A stretch of 64,000 nt of DNA. Source: Antedon mediterranea. Taxonomy: Eukaryota; Animalia; Echinodermata. Shown here piece after piece: positions 53,601 through 64,000 of the stretch. Under the pieces are notes generated by a model, which saw only the letters and a list, made by a program, of their open reading frames with translations, searched no databases and was not told the DNA's origin. Every line of letters starts with the position of its first letter. Positions within the stretch are counted from its first letter, which is position 1. The stretch is from contig NC_092670.1 in NCBI RefSeq assembly GCF_964355755.1, positions 25,220,795 through 25,284,794 of the forward strand, given 5' to 3'. Position numbers and translations under genes: made by a program.

Positions 53601-56600
53601 CTTTTATCATAATGTTAGAGACACCAACGCTGACCAGCTGCGTTTTCAAAGCCAAGCTGGCAAAGGAAGTCATGTTGCCACATGTGCCTACTTGTGATTC
53701 CCGTGGCATGTACACGCCTCTGCAATGTAACACCATGACTGGTCTCTGCTTCTGTGTTGATATTCAAGGCATGGTAATTAAAGATACCACAGTATTGATG
53801 ACTGAAAGAACAAGACCTGACTGTATACAGTACAGAACAGGTATGTTAAACATCATGTTAAAATAGCAGTTTTAATGAATGCTATTTTAAGTTTTTTACT
53901 TTTAATTTCTGTGATAACAAAGATGAAGGTTTATTTTGTTTTTGTTTATAGAAGAATTAAATAAGAAATTAAGCTATCAGAGAACACCTCTTATCTCAAG
54001 CATCATCACAGATGAGAAATTCCCAGATGGTAAGTTTGAATTTGTTGAAACAAAAGGTACAATACTCTACTTAACAATTGTGCTATTTGCATGCATTTAT
54101 TCACTCAGTACATCAATAATTTAGTCAATATAATAATATTATATATCAACTTATCTATCGTATTCTGTGGTCAGAAAAGTGAAGAAGAAGGAATAAGAAT
54201 TCAAGACCCATTTCCTTAATTTATAATGTTATCTTATTATTATTGCAGAAATTTCAGCTTGTGAGACACAGAAGATTGTTGCCAGTGACCTGAAGACAGT
54301 ATTCATGCCAAAGTGTGATTCCACTGGTTCTTATGTACCGTACCAGTGTCCAACCAACACCGATGTGTGCTTCTGCGTTGACAAGACTGGAACCGTTATT
54401 GCCAACACCACAACCATGGGCGCCACAAGCTCTCCTGACATGTGTGATAAGTACAGAAATGGTATGTCAAAATCTCAAACATTTAGAGTATATCGATATA
54501 TAAACTAGAAAATGCTAATTTGGCTAGCATACTCACTGTCCTTTGTAGGCAGATATTCAGTTCTTGTGACTATCGAGCTATACTAACTATATGTTTCATC
54601 AAATGTCATACAAATAAGGACCAACCTAGAAGTATATCTGTCTCAGTTGGCCTTTAAACATGGTTTTACAATGTACAGTACTTGGTTCTAGATATCATTT
54701 TTGCTTATTTATAGTTATTGCATCATTAACCAATAAACAATCTTACTTATTTTTCCAGTATCATTGCTTCCAAGGATGATGGTAAATGCCACTGTTTACG
54801 AGGTATTCCCATATTTCTGTGACACAGACTGTCCAAAGACTGGCCCACAATTCAACAGCAGTTTGAACTACACTCTACCTGTCAACACTACCAGACCTAC
54901 GCGTCGTAAGTATACTAGAGTAATATCTCAAATAAAAATGGTCCATTATTTAAAATAATATTTATATATATATATTTATAAATATTTATGTAAAAACAGT
55001 GAAATACATGTCCTTAGCTAGGAAACTTGACAAAGCTTTGAATTTTGATGGACAAATGTGTGTACAATGACATCCTGTCACTATATGTAACAACTCAAAA
55101 AATATATACAAAAAATATATACGTTTGTTTTCTTTTTTTCAGCATCTTGCGTTCGCCAGCTTGTAATCTCTAGCCTTGTACCAGGTGTTTTCAGACCAAC
55201 TTGTCTGAAGAACGGAACCTTCTCACCACTCCAATGTCAACCACAGTCTGGCATATGCTACTGTGTTGACAGAATGGGTGTGACTATTCAGGGAACTGCC
55301 CAAAAGGTGTCTCAAGAAGGACTTCCAAATTGCTCAATGTACTGGAATAGTAAGTTTTTTTATAAGCATTATGGCTTTTCGTTTTTCTTAGGTACTCCTC
55401 TTGCCGTGTTGATTGCTCATTTTATATGATGCACCTTCTGACTGTACTCCTTCCATAGTGCCTGCATATTTTTCCTCCGCTTCTGACATTGTGTCTATAT
55501 TGTTGAAATGTCCCAAATCTGCCATTTTTTCTGGTTTAATTTGTAATTCTTTTTATTTGCAGCTACTCTGCCTGTCAATATGAATCGCACTTCCTTCATG
55601 ATTGAAGAGATGCAGGCAATGAATGAGATGAACCTGGAGACTGTTAACGTGACGGAGTTATTCAACCTCACCAACATCTTTAATGCATCCATGCCATTCA
55701 ATATCTCTCAATTTAATGCCACTTTGTGGAACATCACTGGTGTCAATACAACACAACTTGGCACAGAAAGACAAGCTTGGTGTAAGTATAACATTTACAA
55801 AAATGATAGCTTGTAATAGTAAGTAAAGCAAAATGTCTTATTGCTTATTGGTATATCACAATTTCAACATCAATAATTCGTTTACACATACGTATGTTAT
55901 GTTAACCATTATCGACTTACTATGTCTTTTATAATGAATTAATAATTTTCTATTATTGTTACCAGCTGTGAAAACTGACTGCTTTAAGAGGCAGCTGTAT
56001 GCCAGTAGACGAGGCATGTTTGTTCCAAGTTGTAACCGTGACAACACTTACACAGCTCTGCAATGCAACAGAGAGACTGGCATGTGTTATTGCTCATTAC
56101 CTAATGGTTATGCCCTCACTGGAACGGTTACACCAATTACTGAAGGTACCCCATCATGTTGGCAGTACCCACAAGGTATGTATTGCACACTCTAATTACA
56201 TTTTATCTTCAGGTCCGCATCAATTTAGGATGATCTTTCTGACAAGACAAAAGCATCTTTACCAGGGATGTCACCACTATGGATGGCCCCGTTTCCGACC
56301 ACCATTTTCATGACGCCGACAACCACTATATTTACGCATGTAGATCGTAGCCTATTGTAACTTACTACTACTAAGATACGATGTATTGTTATTAAAATTA
56401 TCAACGCGTCGATCGTAGGGTGGTCCGTAGGGTTAATAAACAACATTGTCATCGCCTTTAGAAAACGCATGGAAAATGCAAATTAACAATGTACTGTTCA
56501 TTAATTAAAATCGGCGCCGCCTAAAAATCCTACCTAAGGCTAGGCCTAGTAGGAGACGACACATTTTGCTAGTTAGCCGGACGAGACGACATCGTGCGCC

Positions 56601-59600
56601 GAATCGATATATCGGAGTGGAGTCTAGTTTCGGCGACCTAGGCTTACGCTAAATTGTTTAATCCTACCTTGGCTTAGCGAATTATAAATATAATATTCCG
56701 ACATAAACATAAAAAAATTAATATATTCCATGTTAAGATTTAGGCCTATTCAATTATTACGACATGTCACTGTGTAATGAAAATGGCCCTAGTATTCTGT
56801 AGGTAACCCAAACCATAATTAATTTTGAGTAAAAAAAAAACATGTGCTACATGTGATGGTGGGAACAGTTAATTTAGAGTAGAGAGTATCGCGTTTCATG
56901 TCATGTGACACAAAATATAGGTACACGATCTTCGTCACGTTTCCAGGCCTGCCATATATGAGCCAAAAAATAAATCTAGGTCTGTGCGCACGATTGACAC
57001 TATATTTAGAATGTTAACGATCTTTTGTTGTCGGCATCGTTTTTGGGTCGGCATCGTTTGTGGATCAACATCGTTTGTGGATCAACTGGACGTTTTAAGT
57101 TGGCCAAAGCCTATACTACTACTAGTTCATTGTGGTTCACCGTGTGGTGTCATCATGCCTCTACCGTGGGAAATTTCTATTATATTTGCCGTCGAGTTGA
57201 ATAGATAAAAAAACACCACGAAAAAACGATTACGATTAATATTATTTATTAATAAATGCTTCCGAGTAATTTACAACTTGGTCCTCCGTCAGTCAAAATT
57301 GAGTCATTAATTTAATTGTGCACACCTTGTTACCTCACAAAAAACATCGTAATGCATTTTTTCCGACCTTATTATGGAATGCGTGGGTTTGGCGGAGTAG
57401 CTGGACCCCCCTCTCCCAATTTTTTTTTTGGGTGGGGGGGGGGGGGCCGGATCGCCGACCACCACTCATGACATGCTGGTGACATCCCTGTTTACTACAG
57501 TATGATGACAATGACCTAGTATTTGATTTGAATAAGAATTTCAGAGCTACAGTACATGTGAACATTATGTAGCATTTTGTTAACAGATTTATACTAATAT
57601 CATTGTATTCTAGCTTTCAACATGACCATGCTAAACAATTGGAGGTTGTCGACGATAAGAAGAGCATATTCTAACTGGACTGATACTTTGAACTCAACAA
57701 GTTCTGTTGTAAAACCTTCTATGGAGCCTACTGCAGAACCAATCCCACCAAGACGACTTTGTAAGTTTTTTCAAAATACAGTTAAGGCTAGCTAGGTAGC
57801 TAGTTTTAAGAGTTTTTGCTATTATAAGTGAAACCCACAAAATCAGACCACCTAATACTTTTCAATTGATACATAGAGTATAGAGCTGTAGCTTTGGTGG
57901 TTAACATCCAATCCCAAGTATGGGGTTCAATCCTGACCTACACTAGTGCCAGAGTTTTAACTCTTGCGCAACTCCATTCCCTGGAGACTTGGTTTATAAG
58001 CACGATAAATTATTAAATAGTTTATCCATACTGTAATTGGCAAGCTACTCACTGTTGGATGAGTATTAAATAAAAAAAATTTAAAAAAACTATGTTTTAT
58101 TTTTGTGATTATTAGAGTTTTATACAGTATTGTTTTTTTTAAATAGAATTTTTAACACTGTAAAAAGTAGCTGAGTATAATATCTTTTGATTTGTATTAT
58201 TTATACAGATGATCCACTATCATGTAAAAAGATTGGTAACTTTGTTGTTTACTGTTATTGTACCAGACCATCTGGTGCTGAGGTTGACGGCACTCGACAA
58301 TATTTCTCCATTCCAGACTGCCGCAGTTATCCAGGTATGAACCAGTAACCTCTTAGATCTAAGAAGGATTGAAGGGAGTAAGGGTGCATGGAGGAAAGGT
58401 GTAGGGAGAGAGGGCCAGTGTATACATATTTTTATTTAAGTTGTTTCATTCAGTGATATATTTTTTTTCTAGATATGTGTGAAGCCCGTGGTCAATTCTA
58501 CAATCCAGGAGAGAAGGTGATTAAGAAACCAACGCAAAATGGATGCCAATCATGGTATGAATTATTTAATTACTTATGTATGTGAAGTATGCAAGAAAAA
58601 CATGAATGTACATTTTACCGAATTAGTAGGCCTACCACACCACCATTGTTTTGTACTTTTTCCCATTAGCACATGTACCTCTGGAAGTTGGATGTGTGAG
58701 TACACCATGGAGTGTGAAGAAGAAGGCCAAATAACTACCACCACTGAGCCACTACCAACACAAACTGTGACACCAAGCAAAGAGATGCCATCATCCCAGA
58801 ATATGCCACGAACCACCCTAGAACCACATGTATGTCAACATGAAGGCATTTCCTACAACAGTGGACAAGTTCACTCGTGGGATTGCAGAACATGGTAAAT
58901 TTATGTGATTTTGTGTAGTACACTGTGGTGCAATGCAGAGGCCCCTAGTGGCCCTTTTAGCATTTTTCGACATGTTTTAATGCCTGTTTTTTCCTCTGGG
59001 TGTTACTCTGTAGTTTCTGGATTTAGAGTGCTCATAGCTGTTACACCACTGGTAGTAAGCCTGCTGTATAATTACTGAATTTCAAAGAGGCCATATCAGA
59101 GTAATAATAATAATTACCACATTTCTATAGAACACTTTTTCATGGATAATCATGCTCTTACATTATTACTCGGGTCATTTTTTGGGAAACATATACTCCC
59201 ATAATGCAGCTAGTAAGTAATCATTTTATACAATTAGGTGGAGAAAGGCAAATGTAAGTAAAGTGTCTACCCGAAGGATACAAGCAATGCGATGAGAGCT
59301 GGATTCGAACCACGATCTCATAATCAGTAATCCAACATGCAACACACTGCGCCACATGCCCTAATAAGTAATTTAATATATTACGGTATAACAAATTTCT
59401 TCATCTTTTTTTCAGTACTTGTATCAATTACCAATGGGTATGCTCAACAAGGAACTGTGATACCACAACCATCGCAACAACTAATGTACCAGTAGTAACA
59501 ACCATCGGTTACAGAGATTGTACTATCGGCGATATGGTGTTTGATCATTTATCCACCTTCAATATTGGTTGCACCGAATGGTAATTACAATATTTTTTCA

Positions 59601-59884
59601 TGTCCTATTCATACATATATAGGTTATCTAGTAATCTTTACGCAAGTAAGCCTTTACAAAAATTCTCACCATTTGATAGAGAAAATGTCAAATTGTTTGG
59701 CCTGATCAATTTTTAGACCAAAAATGAACCAATAAAAATTAATCGATAAACTGACCAAAATATGATAAATAAAAAACCAGTTTACTGAGCCACAATAGCT
59801 GCCATATTAATTTGTCTTTACTTCTTCTCTTTCAGCACTTGTACCGATGGGGAAGCTATCTGCTCATCCAGGAATTGTCAGTAA
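29679..59884 (+). CDS. Large secreted Cys-rich mosaic protein (~2300 aa, ~52 exons): SP, EGF-like, CysD/WxxW, [5 VWC/pacifastin-like + 6 thyroglobulin type-1] x2, partial TY, 3 VWC/pacifastin-like
   Basis: Exon 1 (29679-29785) MKSFAVLACLFVLAQS signal peptide; 31659-31688 and 31791-31843 (VKRICEETFFGLKIERCCEGWQGDRCRTP); EGF 33407-33499; WxxW 33671-33770 and 34075-34271 (WTMWNN..GDFE..IECRT..CEDYEVRFLC); DCNxCxCxxGxWxCT modules; TY motifs PxC..G.Y/F.PxQC..CxCV..G in exons starting near 42631/43430, 44342, 45784, 46772, 47875, 48965, 51733/51997, 52976, 53619, 54249, 55143, 55965; TAA at 59882-59884. Phases consistent at the junctions checked. Confidence 0.88.
30154..31589 (+). mobile_element. 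Non-autonomous Helitron-like element, copy A
   Basis: A|TCTATATATAAA 5' end; 3' hairpin CTAGATGGTACGCGAGCGAAGCGAGCGTACCATCTAG|T; no TSD. Confidence 0.7.
32124..33298 (-). mobile_element. Non-autonomous Helitron-like element, copy B (inverted, 3' hairpin truncated)
   Basis: Reverse complement of copy A across both end regions (30154-30610 vs 32840-33298; 31420-31568 vs 32124-32262); same A|TC 5' end on the minus strand. Confidence 0.7.
37705..38009 (+). mobile_element. tRNA-derived SINE with Nin/Deu-like central domain and (TCAA)n tail
   Basis: A box gtggccgagcggttaag, B box ggttcgag, core gataaggactataaaccgtaggtcc...gcactttaaagaacc; absent from the duplicated segment near 38520 (empty site), apparent AATATT TSD. 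Confidence 0.85.
38799..39239 (+). pseudogene. TE-borne ORF (146 aa) with a Cys-box-like motif NSCAVDSFLE, probably truncated
   Basis: ORF with globular composition inside the TA-flanked element; upstream acceptor near 38734; its end coincides with the start of a ~300-bp direct duplication. Confidence 0.45.
42952..43278 (+). mobile_element. 5S rRNA-derived SINE (SINE3-like) or 5S pseudogene with fused body
   Basis: atacggc..taccacgttgaaacaccggttctcgtc.gatcaccgaagttaagcaacgttggg[deletion]cttggatgggagacc..ctgggaata.cgggtgctgta is a 5S head lacking the internal GTTAGTA segment, followed by ~220 bp of GC-richer body ending aataaaat. Confidence 0.7.
43627..43878 (-). mobile_element. tRNA-derived SINE (family B), minus strand
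   Basis: Reverse complement of 52359-52587: gagtggagttgtggcttg.tggttatgatgcttg.ctaccactccaagggtcctgggttcaagtc...ggatggatcaccctcattaaatat plus poly-A. Confidence 0.85.
44671..45360. repeat. 53-bp minisatellite, 13 copies, intronic
   Basis: CAATATGTGTCATGAGGAGGGTGACAATGACGGACTCTATGCCGTCCTTC(G/C)AC, near-identical, no spacers. Confidence 0.97.
52359..52587 (+). mobile_element. tRNA-derived SINE (family B)
   Basis: A/B boxes tggcttggtgg / ggttcaagtc, A-rich tail; second copy at 43627-43878. Confidence 0.85.
56263..57490. mobile_element. Non-autonomous hAT element with 5-bp TSD (hAT5-like)
   Basis: 14-bp perfect TIR CAGGGATGTCACCA; TTTAC directly repeated on both flanks. Confidence 0.8.
57883..58080 (+). 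mobile_element. Degenerate tRNA-derived SINE
   Basis: tagctttggtggttaa..ggggttcaatcct A/B boxes; tail ttggatgagtattaaataaaaaaaa resembles family B. Confidence 0.5.
59103..59362 (-). mobile_element. tRNA-derived SINE with (TTA)n L2-like tail
   Basis: Minus strand: tgtggcagtgtg...gtggttcgaatcc...tgtatccttcgggtagacactttac..ctccacc..tataaa...tattattatt. Confidence 0.65.
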
Positions 59885-59929
59885 ACAATTCAAAATAGTA
59901 AGAATCCGAACACCCCTTTATAACACTAA

Positions 59930-60693
59930 GGTCGTGTTTATACAACACCCTAAATTTGAACACGGCTTTAATTTTTAGCATGTTGTTCGGACCGAGGTCA
60001 ACCCACCTTAACGTTTGCTGTTATACTAGAAATCACGATACCGTGTTGTACCGGAAGTTTCATCAACATGCAGTGCATGCTAGGATAAAAGGTCAAATCG
60101 TTGATCGCGCTTGAATTGGCTGAGTTGTCAACAATCATCGTCGCCTCCTCGCTGTCCGATGTATTCGCGCGGTTTTTACCATTTTCATTATTGTATTTGT
60201 TCACGTTTGCATTGTTGCTTATTTTGTTCTCGGTTCATTTAAATTAATAAAAGTTATTTTAAGGGTTTCATTGTTTCATCTATACACTATGGAAGAAGAT
60301 GCCATTTTTGCGATGTTATTTTTTATTCTGTTTGGAGTGGGAAACGATAGAGAGGCCTACTACCACTACGAGTTGGCCCCACTAGGCTAGGCGTAAGACG
60401 TGGTAGGAGGATGATTGCTGGCAGCGAAGCAGCAATAAATGGGCCCAATCTTGTTAGCAATGTCGCATGACATGATTGATATTACGACCTGTTTTAACGA
60501 GAGGTCAAAATATACCCTGAGGACACTTCCAACACGGTAACGGCGACCGGGAATCCACCAAATTTTAGGATTCAGCCAAGTAGCCTTTTTTGCAATTAAA
60601 ATCTCATTACACGGAATCTCTTTGTTGTTATACAACACACTTTTCGTAGGCGTGTAGAATATGCGTGTAATAGCGTGTTGTATAAACGCGCCC
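59930..60693. mobile_element. Non-autonomous PIF/Harbinger element in the 3' UTR of the mosaic gene
   Basis: TIR GGTCGTGTTTATACAACACCCTA vs reverse complement GGGCGCGTTTATACAACACGCTA; TAA TSD at 59927-59929 and 60694-60696. Confidence 0.85.
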
Positions 60694-60804
60694 TAAGACT
60701 AAGCCTAAGCAATCAGTGGTTGGTGTTATGGTTTGGTGTAGTATTATTTCCAAAGCTGTGTTCACACTAAGCACAAATTCTTGTTCAAAATGTGTGTAAT
60801 GTGT

Positions 60805-60952
60805 CTCTGTCTACACTATCAAACATTATGTGACAAAAAAAAATGTTATGTGCCCATATATGGACATGGTGATGTTATACCTGTATATTAGTTCCATTCT
60901 TGAGTACATCACTGTTTTTTGGGGGAAAATAGTTTGATAGTGTAGACAGAGC
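60805..60952. mobile_element. Short Harbinger-like MITE
   Basis: CTCTGTCTACACTATCAAAC / GTTTGATAGTGTAGACAGAG inverted ends. Confidence 0.65.
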
Positions 60953-63900
60953 TTAGAAAAGAACTGTCCACACTAACTAATTCAGAATTTCATACAAGAT
61001 GTATGTAGTGAAGTGGAAAGTCTCCCTAAGTTTTCTCTGGCTCAGTGTGAACAGAGAGATACATACCAACACTAACATTCGTGTTTTTTCCAGTTCATTA
61101 ACATTTATTTTTATTCTTAAATTTTCAGAAAATGGAAATTGTCTGCTAATACGTCAGTACTACTATTCTGTATCTGTTGACCTCTGACATGCACTTTGAC
61201 ATATATTTAGCTTAGGTTTTTGTTCTAGTTTCTTTTATTGAACTCAACAACTGAGATTGGCTGTAGTACTCAGTAGTTATCATTACTTAAGAATTGTTAA
61301 TACTTTTCACTATGCTGTTTAATTTGTACTAATAATTGTCTGAAATTGTAAAGTACATAATGATAATAAAAAGAAAATGCAATGGACATAAAGATGGTTG
61401 TTACTTTGATGTTGGCTATACTTTATATAATATAATGGTGATACAGATGATGGTGTTATGGGCGGAATAACAGATTTATTAATTATTGTCCGATTGTTGC
61501 GTTTCCTCGAGTCATACTATAGACACAAGCTGTTTGTACCCTTTTATAACATGGCAAAACACACACTGCATACATACTATAGTAGTCTGGGTTCCAGACG
61601 GAGTTTTGTCTTAATATTAGTAAAAAGATTAATATTTTGGCACATATGGCGTTTCATACGTATACTACTTGATTTTGGATACTCCGTCTGGGGAAACACG
61701 CACAAGTCACGTGGTTTGACACCAAGAATTCTTGGTGCATACGATTATCCGGTTGACTAGTTTCAGCTGCATGCGATTGGCTACTCACTCGTATACCGTT
61801 TTAATATTCATATTTCAGAATTTCAAAGACTCAACAACTAAGATGATGCGCATGCGCTATGTTACGTTTAGACAACGTGTACTTGGGTACATTTATGAAA
61901 GTTTCTGAAGGCTAGACATAATTTTATATGCCTAGTAGTCTGGTAAACATTAGATGGGATTTTTCCCAAGAACATGAAAACTCGTGATATGATAGGCTAG
62001 CTTCTCCGCAAATCAAACATTGAATGGATCATTTATTACGCGGAGATAATTTTGATTTAATTCCCACCCAGACCCTGTCCTGTTCTGTGTGGTGGTGTAG
62101 CCCTGTTGTTGTGTGCCGCCGGTGGTGGTATGTAGGCCTACTTTATTGGCGTTTTATTTGGCAGGTCATACGTGCGAATTGAGTAGGACCTACGAAAGAG
62201 GCCTAGGCCAAGGACTAAACAATTAATAAACAAAACAACTTGGCATTACGATTTTATATTTCAACAGTCTCGATCGTACATTCAGCACTGTACGTACTCG
62301 ATCTTTTTCATTTTGAAACAAAATGATCATTGGTTGATTCGAAATCCATATTTACATACCGCCCGCCCCATATAGCCAAATACGGTATGATCAACTACGT
62401 CATTTTTATCGGATGTTTGCGGTCTGCAAATCGATTTCTATACGTGTTTCACAAGTCTGTATTTTCAGACAAAAATCGCGGTCGAAATAAAAACAAATAA
62501 ATAAAAAAAAAAAGATAATACAGACTTGGGGCAAGTCTAATACTATAGTTGTGCATGGCTTGAAATTTCATATACTGTACCAGTATCTTTTTAGCTGATG
62601 GGTTGGATTTGCATTACGGTACACTTTTTTACACAACTAATAATGAAGCAGCACATATATTTATATTAACTTTATCATACATACCGGTATGTACACTTCT
62701 AGTAATGACTTGTAAAAAGTGTCCAAGGAACAACAGAAAAAAAACCTCAATAAACATTCATTGTTGCAGTTATTTTTATTTCAAGTAAATTCATAAATCA
62801 GATGTTAATATACCTGATCTTTAGTCTGTAAATTCAGATTGTAGCGTTACCTAAAATAATAAATTCCCTTATTGCAAATTAATAATAAAATAAATTGATA
62901 TGTAGTAGTATCATAATTAGAACACAGATTGGATCGGCAAATTTAAATGGCAGTAGTAAATTCTAACATATTAATGTGATTACTCCATTTCTTTAATGTG
63001 TGGGTCTGTACCAGGAAACGATGACATGCTACATTATTTCATAATTAACAGCATTAAAAATAAACCATATTCTTTCATAAGCTCAAATTCATTATTTGGT
63101 AAATTGATTAAAATCCAGCACATTCATAAACAAACTAATTACAAAACAGTTTACAAAAACTACCTTACATTACAAGCACATTGATTATACAGTACAAATT
63201 ATTAAGTCCCGATATTTCAAAATCAATTTAAGCGGTAAATCATTTATAAAATACATCAAAGGAAATTACTTTTTGGTTATTGAATCATCTACTCATCATA
63301 TTGTAAAGTGATCAATTAAGTCCTCCTGCACTTAACATTAAAGTTTTAGTGCAGTAATTACTTCAATAAAGTGTTTATTTTACTGTTGCACTTATTGATG
63401 TTGTTGGTTATCAAGTTGGCAATCTTTTCAGTACTTGCACAAATATATACCGTATTTATTCAAATAAATGCCACCCCGCATCAAATAAACATCCCGGGGA
63501 CGAATTTTTTTCTCTCAAATAAACGCCCCACCACATGCACACAGTATTGTATTGTAACACATTTATATTTGTAGTAGAATTCATTGACTTAATACATGAT
63601 CTACAATTGACCAAGGTATTTTGATATTCTGTTTCTATTTTTTCATATTTAGGGAGAATTTATTTGATTATACATACTACCATAGTAATAAAAATAAACG
63701 CCTCCCTCCAATAAATGCCCTATGGTGTTTATTTGAATAATTATGGTACTCTTATTAGTGGTTTATAAAATAAACGCAATGCGATTAGGATTTGTTTCCA
63801 CATCAAAGTTCACATATAAGTATGCGCCGCACTGCTTACATATTTTTTTATAACCTCCTGCGCCCCCAACTTATTGATTCCTAAATTCTAGCTTCTTAGC

Positions 63901-64000
63901 ACACCATCTTGCTTTTCATAGCACATTGCAACCTAATCATGAGTTTTTTAAATAATTATTTAGCTCTGTATAAATGGTCCTGACCTTTTCAATGGCTTTA

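Noticed and set aside
29679-59884. True thyroglobulin, gel-forming mucin or SCO-spondin orthologue
   Set aside because: No cholinesterase-like domain, VWD/C8/TIL assemblies, TSP1/LDLa repeats or cystine knot seen, so no gene symbol assigned.
62600-64000. Short ORFs at the window end
   Set aside because: AT-rich, no domain motifs or consistent exon chain; more like UTR or intergenic DNA.

Overview
AT-rich, intron-rich animal genomic DNA (marine invertebrate; an echinoderm-like origin is plausible but not provable here). No prokaryotic systems or CRISPR. Four spliced host genes can be reconstructed by hand: (1) the 3' end of an unconventional, Dachs/class-XX-like myosin (+, 649-1670), with a 6.7-kb Sola3 DNA transposon in the next intron; (2) an uncharacterised ~390-aa protein (-, 13173-10218) head-to-head with (3) a complete 16-exon NPL4/NPLOC4 gene (+, 13890-25306) that has one GC-AG intron; (4) a ~52-exon, ~2300-aa secreted mosaic protein (+, 29679-59884): signal peptide, EGF-like, CysD/WxxW, two internally duplicated blocks of 5 six-Cys VWC/pacifastin-like modules plus 6 thyroglobulin type-1 domains with an N-glycosylation-dense 14-aa repeat, then a partial TY domain and 3 more six-Cys modules. 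Introns hold many TEs (Helitron-like pair inverted around two coding exons, Kolobok-like MITE hosting a 5.2-kb TA-flanked element with a Cys-protease-like ORF, Harbinger and hAT5 MITEs, a HINE, tRNA- and 5S-derived SINEs) and several minisatellites. All calls come from manual reading; no database search was run, so novelty claims are untested.
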